A stretch of 64,000 nucleotides of DNA from Phaeosaccion multiseriatum (lineage: Eukaryota; Protista; Ochrophyta, other classes): contig CBCOSG010000001.1 of NCBI GenBank assembly GCA_965112735.1, positions 160,090 through 224,089 on the forward strand. The letters are read 5' to 3'. A model generated the notes under the pieces. It had not been told where the DNA came from and ran no database searches. It saw only the letters and a list, made by a program, of their open reading frames with translations. Shown here in pieces: positions 23,995 to 34,042 of the stretch. The translations under genes were made by a program, and so were the position numbers. Numbering within the stretch: position 1 is the first letter of the stretch; every line of letters begins with the position of its first letter.

Positions 23995-24402
23995 CTAAAG
24001 ATCACGTCGACGCCTCTTACGGCGAATTTGCTTTTTAGTTCGGCAACCATTATGAGGATAATTAGTTTTTTCCCAGCCCACCTCAAAGGTTTTAGTCTTT
24101 TTTCCTTTTCGCAAAAGTTGTAACACTTTCTTACGACTTTTATTAAAACCCTCTACATGAAGACGTAGTTTACAAACCTTTCTTTGTTGTAAGATTTGTA
24201 AAAAATGTTTGGTATGTATTTCACTGGCATATGAAGTCCTTCGGGTAGCTTTGGTAAAGCCTACACATCCATTGGAGGTGGAACAAACAAGAGATTTTGA
24301 TTTGTTATAAAAGGTGAATAGAGTATTACGACGACCTAAGCTGAGGTGAAGGATACCTGCTTCAGTAAAGATTTTTGTAGGAGTTTGCATCAAAAGGCTC
24401 AA
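23995..24402 (-). CDS. rps11: Ribosomal protein S11
   Basis: RNT..T, S.GCVGF and PHNGCR motifs. Confidence 0.92.
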   Translation of the reverse strand: MSLLMQTPTKIFTEAGILHLSLGRRNTLFTFYNKSKSLVCSTSNGCVGFTKATRRTSYASEIHTKHFLQILQQRKVCKLRLHVEGFNKSRKKVLQLLRKGKKTKTFEVGWEKTNYPHNGCRTKKQIRRKRRRRDL

Positions 24403-24755
24403 GTCTTCGATTTATGACTTTTTGCTGTTCTAGCGTTGGCGTGAGTTCTTTGACCTCGTGTTGGCAGAGACTGCCCGTGACGTATTCCTCTATAGCAACG
24501 AATTTCTTTTAAACTTGTAAGTTTCTCAAATCTTTGCTGACGTAAAAAACTATTAGTTTTCCAAAATACAATCTTCATCATATGTTGAAGTTTGGTTTGA
24601 TGTAGCGGACTAAGAAAAGTGCAAAAGGTAGTAGGCTTCATACCTAAATATTTACCTATTAAGTCCGCTCTAAATTTTCCCAAACCGTAAACCTGAGTGA
24701 GAGCCTGGCGAAAATTGAGAGAAGGTTCGGCGTAGATTCCCCATAGGTAAAGCAT
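24399..24755 (-). CDS. rps13: Ribosomal protein S13
   Basis: YRGIRH..LPTRGQRTHANA motif. Confidence 0.95.
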   Translation of the reverse strand: MLYLWGIYAEPSLNFRQALTQVYGLGKFRADLIGKYLGMKPTTFCTFLSPLHQTKLQHMMKIVFWKTNSFLRQQRFEKLTSLKEIRCYRGIRHGQSLPTRGQRTHANARTAKSHKSKT

Positions 24756-24803
24756 AAAGAATTAATTTTTACTATTTTGACTTTGTCTTTGTATAAAAGT
24801 TCT

Positions 24804-25187
24804 ATGTATTCTACCAAATTTCTTAAACCCCACAAGCCTAAACTTCCTTCTCTTTCTATCTTTCGAGGGCAAAAAGGAAGATTTGCACTACAATCTTTAA
24901 GCACGGGAACAATTAGTACCAGACAGATGGAAGCTTGCAGACAAAATATAAATCGGCGCTTGAGACGTAAAGGGCAAATTGTGATTCATGGTTTCGCCGA
25001 TCGTGGGCGAAGCCAAAAACCTTGTGAAGTTCGTATGGGTAAGGGTAAAGGAAAAATAGATCATTATGAAATGATGGTGTCTCCCGGAAAACTTATCCTT
25101 GAAATTGTGGGAATTTCTGAAAATTTAAGCCGGTATGCTCTTCAAGGAGGAGCTACTAAGCTTGGGGTTGCCACCAAAATTGTTTAA
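24804..25187 (+). CDS. rpl16: Ribosomal protein L16
   Basis: KPCEVRMGKGKG motif; ATG at 24804, upstream TTG at 24777. Confidence 0.95.
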   Translation: MYSTKFLKPHKPKLPSLSIFRGQKGRFALQSLSTGTISTRQMEACRQNINRRLRRKGQIVIHGFADRGRSQKPCEVRMGKGKGKIDHYEMMVSPGKLILEIVGISENLSRYALQGGATKLGVATKIV

Positions 25188-25190
25188 TCC

Positions 25191-25800
25191 ATGAAAAAAC
25201 ATTCTACCTATTTTGATTTCTCTCAGATGAAAGAAAACCATCAGTGCGGCCAATCTTTGATTTTTTATCCTCTTCCTAGTAAAAATTTGGATCTTGGATG
25301 GGTAAACAAAGTTTTGTTCGGTGCGAAATTCTTAGGACGTGGAAAATTTTGGGTGTACACTTTTCTTTCTAATCCATTATTTTATTTTGGACATACTTCT
25401 TGTGTCAGTCTATCTGAAATTTGTAAGGATAGCCGCCAAAATACAAATTTTTTTGGGTATAGATCAAAAGTAAAAAGTGAAAAAGATTTCTCTTGGGACT
25501 ATTATATTTACCAAGGACGACTTCTTTATTTTTGTACTATGAAAAAAAAGAAAAAATATTATTTTCAGCCTGATTTAGAAGTGAGATTATGCTCCTCTAT
25601 TTTTCGAAAAGAAAAACTTTGGAGGTATGGAGCCATCAATACAAATTTACATGTTTTAGGTGTAAAAAAGGAAGTCTAAGACCAAGCTTAGTATGTTTAC
25701 CAAAGTCAAAGTTCGGGGAATTCACAACAATTATCGATTTTTGCCTGGTAATTCGAGGTTCAAAGTTGTATTGGGTTTAAAACAATTTTCGAAGCTATAA
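25191..25800 (+). CDS. Hypothetical protein, candidate divergent rps1 (likely 1-nt frameshift near 25670)
   Basis: S1-like LFYFG..CVSLSEI in the 162-aa ORF; the shifted frame continues KVRG...FLPGNS. Confidence 0.4.
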
Positions 25801-25918
25801 ATAGTACTAAAACTTAAATAGGGTTAGTACGGAAGAAACTTAGGTCTTTTTAACTTTATATGCAGTAACGAAAGTCGACTTTTCAAAGTTTTTTATTGAT
25901 ATAGTTTACTATTTTAAT

Positions 25919-26395
25919 ATGAAAAAAGAATCGATGGAATTAGTTCTTCGTATCCACAAAATATTGCAACAACAAAATTCCTTCGCTTTTTATCAACCTT
26001 GGGTAGGGGTACAAAGACATTGTTTAGTCGAACTAAAAAATCGGGGCTTAGAGTATTATCGCACTAAGGACGAGTTAGATCTGAAAATTCCTGGACTGAA
26101 TCTAGTTATCTATGGAAAAAAGGAGCAAAGTTTCGAAGTGTTTTTAACCAAACTTCAAAGCCTTTCAACTGCGAAGGGCTTTGTCCTTCTCGGAATTCAC
26201 CAAAAAGGAAATATTTACTCCCCTCATATACTGAAATACCTTCCGGTAGAAAAGAGGATTTTTTTCAAAGACTTACAAAAGCTTAATTTAATAATAGGAC
26301 GAAATTTTCGGCTTTTTGAAGTGAAACCTTTTTTTTATTTTTCTCATTCGTGGAGATCTTCAATCAATCTTTTTTTATTGAGTAAAGCTTGTTAG
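25919..26395 (+). CDS. Candidate divergent ribosomal protein L10
   Basis: 158 aa with FAFYQ..LK.RGL..GLNLVIY..LLG pattern resembling L10. Confidence 0.5.
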   Translation: MKKESMELVLRIHKILQQQNSFAFYQPWVGVQRHCLVELKNRGLEYYRTKDELDLKIPGLNLVIYGKKEQSFEVFLTKLQSLSTAKGFVLLGIHQKGNIYSPHILKYLPVEKRIFFKDLQKLNLIIGRNFRLFEVKPFFYFSHSWRSSINLFLLSKAC

Positions 26396-26463
26396 GCTCA
26401 CGACTCGATCAAATAAGCTTTTGCGCCTGAAATTAAAACTTTAACAAATTTTAGCTGTTCAAA

Positions 26464-26766
26464 CTAACCCCGTAGAAGATAAGCTTTTCGAATGCTAATG
26501 TGGCCCCGAACACGGTAATAGGCCACGAGAATTCCTAGACCAAGGGCTGATTCCCCTGTGGAAACCGCAATGATAAAAAGAGAGAAAACTTGACCTAGGC
26601 TATCATCAAGACTGGCGGAGAATAAAATAAAATTAAGATTTACACAAAGTAAAATCATCTCAATACACATAAGAAGAATAAGAATGTTAGTGCGATTCAC
26701 TAAAATTCCCAAAAGACCCAAACTAAAGAGTAAAGTACTTAAAACAAATACGGGGGAAATCCACAC
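26464..26766 (-). CDS. nad4L: NADH dehydrogenase subunit 4L (GTG start)
   Basis: [12 protein letters not shown] and ESALGL motifs. Confidence 0.96.
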   Translation of the reverse strand: MWISPVFVLSTLLFSLGLLGILVNRTNILILLMCIEMILLCVNLNFILFSASLDDSLGQVFSLFIIAVSTGESALGLGILVAYYRVRGHISIRKAYLLRG

Positions 26767-26818
26767 GTTAACTAATAAAATACAAAAGTCTTATAAAAAA
26801 CTCGATTTCCAAAAAAGT

Positions 26819-28014
26819 ATGAATTTAAAAAAAAGTGAGCTAGGACGTAAAGTAATGAACTTTAGCATTAATTTTGGGCCCCAGCACCCGGCTGCCCACG
26901 GAGTACTTCGTTTAGTTTTAGAGCTGAAAGGAGAAAGCCTTCAGCACGCTGATCCTCATATTGGGCTCCTTCACCGAGGCACAGAAAAGCTTATTGAGTA
27001 TAAAACTTATCTGCAAGCTTTGCCTTATTTGGATCGTCTGGATTATGTTTCGATGATGTGCCAAGAGCATACCTATTCTTTAGCCGTAGAAAACTTATTT
27101 CATACGCAGGTTCCTTCTAGGGCTCAGTATATCCGAGTTCTATTTGGAGAAATTACCCGTATTCTTAATCATCTTTTGGCCGTAGGCTGTCACGCAATGG
27201 ATGTAGGGGCAATGACCCCTTTTCTTTGGGGATTCGAAGAACGAGAAAAACTTATGGAATTTTATGATCGGGTTTGCGGAGCCCGTATGCATGCAGCTTA
27301 CGTTCGGCCCGGAGGCGTAAGCCAAGACCTACCTCAAGGACTTTTAGATGACATCTATGTTTTTGCTCAGCAGTTCAGTCTTCGTATCGATGAGATGGAG
27401 GAAATGTTGACCACGAACCGGATTTGGAAACAACGTTTAGTGAACGTAGGACGAATCTCCGCTCAAGAAGCGGAAACTTGGGGATACTCGGGAGTTATGC
27501 TTCGAGGATGTGGGGTCGATTGGGATTTACGTAAGACTCAACCTTATGAGGTTTACAATGACTTAAGTTTTGAAGTTCCGCTAGGAAAAACGGTGACTGT
27601 TATGACCGGTACCTTTTACGTATGGAAGAAATGCGTCAGAGCTTAAGTCTTATTTATCAGTGCTTAAATAGATTGCCTGCTGGACCGGTAAAGACCCAAG
27701 ATGGAAAAATGAATCTTCCTAGCCGTGCTGATTTAAAGCATTCTATGGAGGCGGTTATTCACCATTTTAAACTATGTACAGAGGGTTTTGAAGTGCCTTT
27801 AGGTCAAACTTATACGGCTACTGAAGCCCCTAAAGGCGAATTTGGTGTCTATTTGATTTCAGATGGAAGTAGTAAGCCTTACCGCTGCAAAATCAAGGCA
27901 CCAGGGTTTGCTCATCTGCAAAGTTTGGATTTTATGTGCAAAAATCATATGATTGCAGACGTGGTTACAGTAATCGGTACTCAGGATATTGTATTTGGTG
28001 AGATTGATCGATAA
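26819..28014 (+). CDS. nad7: NADH dehydrogenase subunit 7 (1-nt deletion in an A-run near 27590)
   Basis: [15 protein letters not shown] through DIVFGEIDR; adding one A restores [10 protein letters not shown]. Confidence 0.96.
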
Positions 28015-28029
28015 AAAACTAGAATTCCT

Positions 28030-28875
28030 ATGATAAAATCGAAGTGGAACACATCTGGTGGAAGACAATGGCGACCTGCGCATGTCCTTCCCTTGTCAAA
28101 ACAAAAAAGTATTAAAGGCTTGTCTAAAGGTGTTCACGCTTCAACAGGACGAAATCATCAAGGAAGAGTCTGTAATTGGCACCGAGGAGGAGGACATAAA
28201 AGGAAGCTCCGATCTTTAAGTTTCATAAGTCGAGGTATAGGCTTATGTTTGGATCGGGAGCATCTACCGAGACATTCTTCTTTTGGGCATCGGGTTTTTA
28301 TACCGGACTTGAATGAAGGCCACACCAAGATAAGTAAAGGGTGCTCTCATACCTATATCCTCGGAGTAGAAGGTCTATCTCAGGGACACTCTATCTATGG
28401 GCCAAATTTAGGAGAAACTCAAATGGGGAATCATTTTCCCCTTTATCAAATTCCTCAGGGATTTAGTATACACAATTTGTGTGTCCGTACTGGTAAACCA
28501 AGTCAATATCTTAAGGCAGCTGGAGCTTACGGACTGTTGATACAGAAAAACGCAAAACAAACCCTAGTGAAACTCAAATCTGGAAAATATGAAGTATTTT
28601 CTTCGGTTAAAGCTTCTGCCTCCTTAGGAAAAGTAGGAAATCAGACCTGGTTTTTGAGAGTGTTAGGGAAAGCAGGACGAAACCGGTATGTAGGCATACG
28701 TCCTACGGTGCGGGGTGTAGCTATGAATCCTGTAGATCATCCCCATGGGGGTGGAGAAGGAAAGACTTCAGGAGGGCGACCCTCTGTAACTCCTTGGGGG
28801 AAACCTACCAAAGGTCAGCCTACCCTAAGCCGACAAAAAAAGCGTAATAGGAAGTTACATATTTACAATGAGTAA
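28030..28875 (+). CDS. rpl2: Ribosomal protein L2
   Basis: VRGVAMNPVDHPHGGGEG motif. Confidence 0.97.
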   Translation: MIKSKWNTSGGRQWRPAHVLPLSKQKSIKGLSKGVHASTGRNHQGRVCNWHRGGGHKRKLRSLSFISRGIGLCLDREHLPRHSSFGHRVFIPDLNEGHTKISKGCSHTYILGVEGLSQGHSIYGPNLGETQMGNHFPLYQIPQGFSIHNLCVRTGKPSQYLKAAGAYGLLIQKNAKQTLVKLKSGKYEVFSSVKASASLGKVGNQTWFLRVLGKAGRNRYVGIRPTVRGVAMNPVDHPHGGGEGKTSGGRPSVTPWGKPTKGQPTLSRQKKRNRKLHIYNE

Positions 28876-29140
28876 GAGATCAAAATGGAAATTACCTTAC
28901 GTAGACTTTAATATTTTGCGGCGTTTACCCTTATATAAAACCCAAGAAAAAATTTCTACTACTTCACGCTCATCCACAGTTCTTCCTAATTTCGTACATA
29001 AAATGTTTCTTATATATAACGGGAAAAAGTTTCAACGTCTTAAGATCGAGGCAAAAATGATTGGCCATAAGCTAGGGGAATTTTCGGTAACTCGGGCAAA
29101 GTATGAGTTTAAAAAAAAAAGAAAGAAGTCTAAAAAGTAA
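28868..29140 (+). CDS. rps19: Ribosomal protein S19
   Basis: RSKWK.P and MIGHKLGEF motifs. Confidence 0.97.
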   Translation: MSKRSKWKLPYVDFNILRRLPLYKTQEKISTTSRSSTVLPNFVHKMFLIYNGKKFQRLKIEAKMIGHKLGEFSVTRAKYEFKKKRKKSKK

Positions 29141-29195
29141 AAAAAACTGTCTGTGCATGTTTAAAAACCCATATCTGTAAAAAATCAAGTTTTTT

Positions 29196-30317
29196 ATGTT
29201 ATCTACGATGTCATCTTCGCGGCCTCCCTGTACCTGGAGTTCAGCCTCCTCATCTTTAGCTTACGAAGATACTCAAATTCAAACTGCACTTCAGGCTCTG
29301 ATAGCGGACCGGCATTTTTGTCTTCAAACTTCAGATCTTCGTCGACAGGGAAATCAACTTTATTGGAAAGCCCACGTTATCATATGGTTTACTAGAGCAA
29401 ATTGGCAAAAAAAACGAGTGAAGACTTGGGTCTTCAATTCCGGTCGAAGACGAGTCCTGAAGGATACTTTTTCTGACAACAAATATTTTCGATTCCCGCC
29501 AATGGCTGGACTTAGTAAAATTGATTACACTCAGTGGGTCAGCCCTCAGTGCAAATCTATTACCCAGTATTGGCGTTTAATTCGTCGACGGGCGATGTAT
29601 ACCTCATCTTATGTGTATAGACGAACGGTCAATGTTCAGCAGGGGATTCTTCCTGCTTTCGGTGCTAATCTTTTGCCTCTTTTAGCAGAGTATGCTAAAA
29701 CAAAATACGTAACTTTACGTCTTTCTTATTCCTGTTTGCCTCTCCGAAGGGGTGGTCAAGGGGGGCGGAAACGCTTTCCCTACTACAAACGTGCCTCTTT
29801 TTTTCGATCCAGTATTCAAGTTTTTTCTTTTTTGTTTCGTGCGCCGGGGAAGCCTTCGCTTCTTTCTCATTTTATTAAGCATCAAGTTCAGACGAACTAT
29901 CGAGACCGCAGAAAAATGAAATGGTTTCTAAATTTCCTTACAGAAATTCTAAATTTTTATTGGGAAAAGTCTTCTCGATTGGTAGCGGGTTTATGTATAC
30001 AGATCAACGGACGTTTAAATCGACGTGATCGTAAGTTTAACTTAAAAAGGGTTTATTCAGTGGGCAAGTTGGGACTTACAAGTACTCGAGCTAATATACT
30101 TTATGACAATAGTATAGCCTTTACCAAAAATGGTCAAGTAGAAGTGAGAGTATGGATTAACTACGTCTCTCGGACAACGCCGCGTTTTTCTTTCTCAGGT
30201 TTTGAAAAATCAGTTTGGAAACCTAAGAAGGATACTACTCGTATGCATAAGTATTCCCAGTGGAGAGAAAAAATGCCAAAGTCGAGAAGTCAAAATAGGT
30301 GGGTATCCCGAAAATAG
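29196..30317 (+). CDS. rps3: Ribosomal protein S3
   Basis: C-terminal GLCIQINGRLN..TKNG...VRVWI; follows rps19. Confidence 0.88.
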   Translation: MLSTMSSSRPPCTWSSASSSLAYEDTQIQTALQALIADRHFCLQTSDLRRQGNQLYWKAHVIIWFTRANWQKKRVKTWVFNSGRRRVLKDTFSDNKYFRFPPMAGLSKIDYTQWVSPQCKSITQYWRLIRRRAMYTSSYVYRRTVNVQQGILPAFGANLLPLLAEYAKTKYVTLRLSYSCLPLRRGGQGGRKRFPYYKRASFFRSSIQVFSFLFRAPGKPSLLSHFIKHQVQTNYRDRRKMKWFLNFLTEILNFYWEKSSRLVAGLCIQINGRLNRRDRKFNLKRVYSVGKLGLTSTRANILYDNSIAFTKNGQVEVRVWINYVSRTTPRFSFSGFEKSVWKPKKDTTRMHKYSQWREKMPKSRSQNRWVSRK

Positions 30318-30335
30318 AGAAAATCTTTTACTTTG

Positions 30336-31070
30336 ATGCGACTAGCAGACACCTCGGTAAAAAATATGGAAGTATGTAGAGCTTTCCTTCATTGGAAAAT
30401 GTATCTTAGTTTTTATGCGTCCAAAGGAAATTGGGCAAAAACCTTCTTATACGGTCGTCGAAATGCTTTATGGGTGCTAAATTTAAAACATAGTTTAGAT
30501 CGACTCTCTCATCATTTTAGCTTCATAGACCATATTCTTCGAGCAAGAGGCCGCATCCTTTTTGTAGAATGCCCTTCAGGCTTTGAAAATTATTGGGAAC
30601 GTTTAGTATCCTTATACGGCCACGACTACGTAGACAAAGATACTTGGTTACATGGAAGCATTAATGCTCATTTTTCGGCCCGTTCCCATACTTATTCTTT
30701 AGTAGTTCTGCATGACGCCGACCCGGATTTAGGCATTCTTCAAGAATGTTTGAAAGCAGATATCCCTTTACTCCAATTTATGGATATTCGACAGGAAAGT
30801 TTAGGTGTTGATTATTCAATCCCTTATACTTTTAGCACAGGTCCTCAAGTTTGCTGGTACATTGAAGCTTGGCGGTCTTTACTTATACGAAAGAAAAGAG
30901 AAAAAAATTGGCGAAGATCTGCCATTTATTCTTTCTTTCAGTGGAAAACAAATACCCCCCAAAGAAGAGGGGCCCGAAAACTTCTTTCCCCAAGAGCTTA
31001 TCCTTCTTTATCTAGTGCTAAAATAAAACTAGTAAAAATACTAATCAGGAGAGAAAAAAAAAATAAGTGA
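30336..31070 (+). CDS. rps2: Ribosomal protein S2
   Basis: FLYGRRN..VLNL, ILFV, W..G and EC...IP..DY.IP motifs. Confidence 0.85.
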   Translation: MRLADTSVKNMEVCRAFLHWKMYLSFYASKGNWAKTFLYGRRNALWVLNLKHSLDRLSHHFSFIDHILRARGRILFVECPSGFENYWERLVSLYGHDYVDKDTWLHGSINAHFSARSHTYSLVVLHDADPDLGILQECLKADIPLLQFMDIRQESLGVDYSIPYTFSTGPQVCWYIEAWRSLLIRKKREKNWRRSAIYSFFQWKTNTPQRRGARKLLSPRAYPSLSSAKIKLVKILIRREKKNK

Positions 31071-31218
31071 AGATAAAACAAAAATTGATGAAGACTCCGA
31101 AAAAGGGACTGAAGACCAAAAACTTTTCCTGCCTTTGGCTTAAACTAAATACCTTCACAATTTTTCTTCCTATTCCTACTATTAATCTTTTGAATTCGCA
31201 AAACTTTTTTTAACCTTT

Positions 31219-31953
31219 ATGAAATACCAATCTCGACCTTTATACAAGCAAATGTTACGCTTACGTACTCTTTTTGGTTCAGATACCAAAATTCTACAAA
31301 AAAAAACTTGGAGAGATTGGCGCCAACCCTGGAAACCCCGAAAACCAAGACATCGATTTTTTCAGTGTGCCTCTTTAAAATTGTCTTTCTCTGCCTACAA
31401 ATTTAAAAAGGCACAGTATCGAGAAAGATTACATCTCAAACAAAATTTAGGTTTTTTTTATGGAGGTCTGTCTCATGCTTGGATGAAAAAAGCCATGAGT
31501 TCCTTGAAAATTTATGGTTTAGAAAATGCCACTCAAGCTTGTTTGTACCGTTGGGGTTTAGGCCGCCAATGCCGGAGCATTCAAGGATGGATTCGTCACA
31601 AGAAAGTGACCAATCTGGGATTTGACTTTCCTGTCTATTATGCTCGGAAGGCAACTCATAAAACTTCTACAGCATTAGGGCAGGTCATACAAATTGAGGG
31701 AAGAGCTTATCAAGTCTACTTGTGTACCTCTAAAGAAGCAAAGCACATAGAAATTTTAACCTGGTTGATGCCGTCAAAAACTTATCCTTTGGCTTATCGA
31801 TTGGGGAATAGTAAACAAAATGAAGAAATTACCAAACCTCAGTTTTCTCTCTATTACCGACATCTCCATTTGTGTGATGATCGTCTTCATGTAGTCTATC
31901 CCTTTCCTGTAGATTTTCACAAGTTAAAGAAATTCTATCGACACTTACACTAG
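31219..31953 (+). CDS. rps4: Ribosomal protein S4
   Basis: RPLYK, Y..RL..KQ.L..FYG and I.HKKV motifs. Confidence 0.8.
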   Translation: MKYQSRPLYKQMLRLRTLFGSDTKILQKKTWRDWRQPWKPRKPRHRFFQCASLKLSFSAYKFKKAQYRERLHLKQNLGFFYGGLSHAWMKKAMSSLKIYGLENATQACLYRWGLGRQCRSIQGWIRHKKVTNLGFDFPVYYARKATHKTSTALGQVIQIEGRAYQVYLCTSKEAKHIEILTWLMPSKTYPLAYRLGNSKQNEEITKPQFSLYYRHLHLCDDRLHVVYPFPVDFHKLKKFYRHLH

Positions 31954-31986
31954 ATAAAATTTATAATAGAATTTGCCTGCCACTAA

Positions 31987-32057
31987 GCGGCTATAGATTA
32001 ATGGTAAATCCTCTGCCTTCCAAGCAGGAGCTAGGAGTTCAAATCTCCTTGGCCGCA
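31987..32057 (+). tRNA. trnG: tRNA-Gly(TCC)
   Basis: Cloverleaf. Confidence 0.9.
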
Positions 32058-32104
32058 ATGAAAATAAGCTAGTCTTGGTGTTAAAAACTATAAAAAATTA
32101 AAAC

Positions 32105-33277
32105 GTGAATCTAATTAGACAATGGAGTGTTGCCTGGAGACGGCAAAATATAGTACAAATAATAAATTCTCATATCGTGGATTATCCTACTCCGGTTAAT
32201 CTAACCTATGCCTGGAGTTTTGGTGTAAGTGCAGGAATTTGCCTTGGAATTCAAATGATTACAGGTATTTTTCTGGCCATGCATTATACTCCTAATGTAG
32301 ATTTGGCCTTTTCTAGCATTGAATTCTTCATGAGAAGTATCTCCAATGGGTGGTTGGTGCGTTATATGCACGCTAATGGCGCATCTTTTTTCTTTATTGT
32401 AGTATACCTCCACATTTTTCGAGGTCTATATTATACTTCATATACTCGACCTCGAAAAGCCTTATGGTTTTCAGGTTTGGCCATCTTTATTTTAATGATG
32501 GCCACTGCATTCATGGGTTATGTATTACCTTGGGGTCAGATGAGCTTTTGGGGAGTAACTGTGATTACAAGTATGTTTTCCGCCGTACCTTTTTTTGGAA
32601 AGACTATTGTAAAGTGGCTGTGGGGAGGCTACTCTATTGGTAATGCCACCCTTGTGCGTTTTTTTAGTCTGCACTTTGTGCTGCCTTTTTTAATTGCCGC
32701 AGCAGTATTCGTACATTTAAGCTTTCTACATCAAAATGGGTCAAATAATCCTTTGGGAGTATCTAGTAAGGTAGACGGTATCCGTTTTTATCCTTACTTT
32801 TACACCAAAGATCTATTCAGTATTTCTGTGTTTTTGTTTGTTTTTGCCCTTTTCGTGTTTTTTTTTCCCAATCTTCTAGGCCATCCTGATAATTATATTA
32901 TGGCGGATTCTATCAAAACTCCTCTCCATCTTGTACCGGAATGGTACTTTTTGCCCTTTTATGCAGTTCTTCGCTCTATTCCTCATAAAGTAGGTGGAAT
33001 TTTAGCAATGGGTGCAAGTATTGGTGTTTTGTTTCTTCTTCCTTCTTTTCACCAGGGACGAATTCGAAGTGGGAGTTTTCAGCCCCTGCATCAACTTGTA
33101 TTCTTCTGGACGGTAATTCTTTTTCTTCTTTTAGGTTGGGAAGGACAGGAAACCTTAGACGATATTTCTAAATACGTAGGTCCTTTTTTACTAATTGCTT
33201 ACTTTGTGGTAGTTCTGCTAGGTTTCGGTTTAAGTTCTTACTTGCAAAATCAACTGCTTGATAAAAATCTAAGATAG
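32105..33277 (+). CDS. cob: Apocytochrome b (GTG start)
   Basis: HANGAS, PWGQMSFWG and PEWY motifs. Confidence 0.99.
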   Translation: MNLIRQWSVAWRRQNIVQIINSHIVDYPTPVNLTYAWSFGVSAGICLGIQMITGIFLAMHYTPNVDLAFSSIEFFMRSISNGWLVRYMHANGASFFFIVVYLHIFRGLYYTSYTRPRKALWFSGLAIFILMMATAFMGYVLPWGQMSFWGVTVITSMFSAVPFFGKTIVKWLWGGYSIGNATLVRFFSLHFVLPFLIAAAVFVHLSFLHQNGSNNPLGVSSKVDGIRFYPYFYTKDLFSISVFLFVFALFVFFFPNLLGHPDNYIMADSIKTPLHLVPEWYFLPFYAVLRSIPHKVGGILAMGASIGVLFLLPSFHQGRIRSGSFQPLHQLVFFWTVILFLLLGWEGQETLDDISKYVGPFLLIAYFVVVLLGFGLSSYLQNQLLDKNLR

Positions 33278-33348
33278 GTTAAATTAATAATGAGAACCTT
33301 TACGCGATTTAGCGTACTGTTCAAATCATTCAATTACGAAAGTAAATA

Positions 33349-33436
33349 GGGAAAGTAAGCAAAAAGAAAAGAGAATACCTCCCGAGTCAAAATAGAGAAA
33401 ATTTATACGTCCTATGGGCACTAAAAAAAAATTTAT
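33349..33436 (+). repeat. Leader plus first codons shared between ORF176 and nad11 (40905-40992)
   Basis: GGGAAAGTAAGCAAAAAG..GAATACCTCCC.AGTCAAAATAGAGAAAATTTATAC.TCCTATG..CACTAAAAAAA occurs at both loci. Confidence 0.9.
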
Positions 33437-33944
33437 TAGACCCTTCTTTAAGAATAGAAGCTTCTTAGAAAAGGTGGACCTATTCCTTTTTGCTTATTTC
33501 ACTTGTATTCTATTTACGATGGCAGTATTATCATCCCTTCTTGAAGTGGGATCCTTACTAAACTTTTTAAAGGGAAAGAAAAGTTTTCCCTCGCCGATAA
33601 TCGGGGGAGTTACCGGTCTTATCGTGCTTTGCGCTATAGGACTCTTCTTTTTTGACCACAGGGTCAAACAAGATTCCGGGGTAACAGTAAACTTTGGAAA
33701 GTTTCAGGGATTAAGCCCCCTTTCCAAAGTAACATTTTCCCTCTTTTGGTTCACACACTATATTTTAGTGTACTTATTTGGAGAGGTTTGCGCCTATTAT
33801 GGATGCAAGCAATTTTCTCATGTCTACCACCTCATACCAATCTCGGAGATGTACCCCTATGAACCCTATCTTGGGGCTTTGGGTATCTTGGGATTGTTGG
33901 CTGTATGCTTCTACATTGACCCTCCACGGGAGAGGAAAGAGTAA
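33414..33944 (+). CDS. Orphan membrane protein ORF176
   Basis: Intact ATG ORF with a conserved paralog, ORF190. Confidence 0.8.
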   Translation: MGTKKKFIRPFFKNRSFLEKVDLFLFAYFTCILFTMAVLSSLLEVGSLLNFLKGKKSFPSPIIGGVTGLIVLCAIGLFFFDHRVKQDSGVTVNFGKFQGLSPLSKVTFSLFWFTHYILVYLFGEVCAYYGCKQFSHVYHLIPISEMYPYEPYLGALGILGLLAVCFYIDPPRERKE

Positions 33945-34042
33945 GAGTCCTGTAGACTTTTTATAAATTTTACTAAAGAAGAAGGACTAGTAAGAGCTTA
34001 TGTTTCCCAATCTGCCTACTGCTTAAATAAAACAAAAACCTT

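Noticed and set aside
27580-27650. Split nad7 or programmed frameshift
   Set aside because: One missing A in a homopolymer restores the conserved [10 protein letters not shown], which is a typical long-read error.
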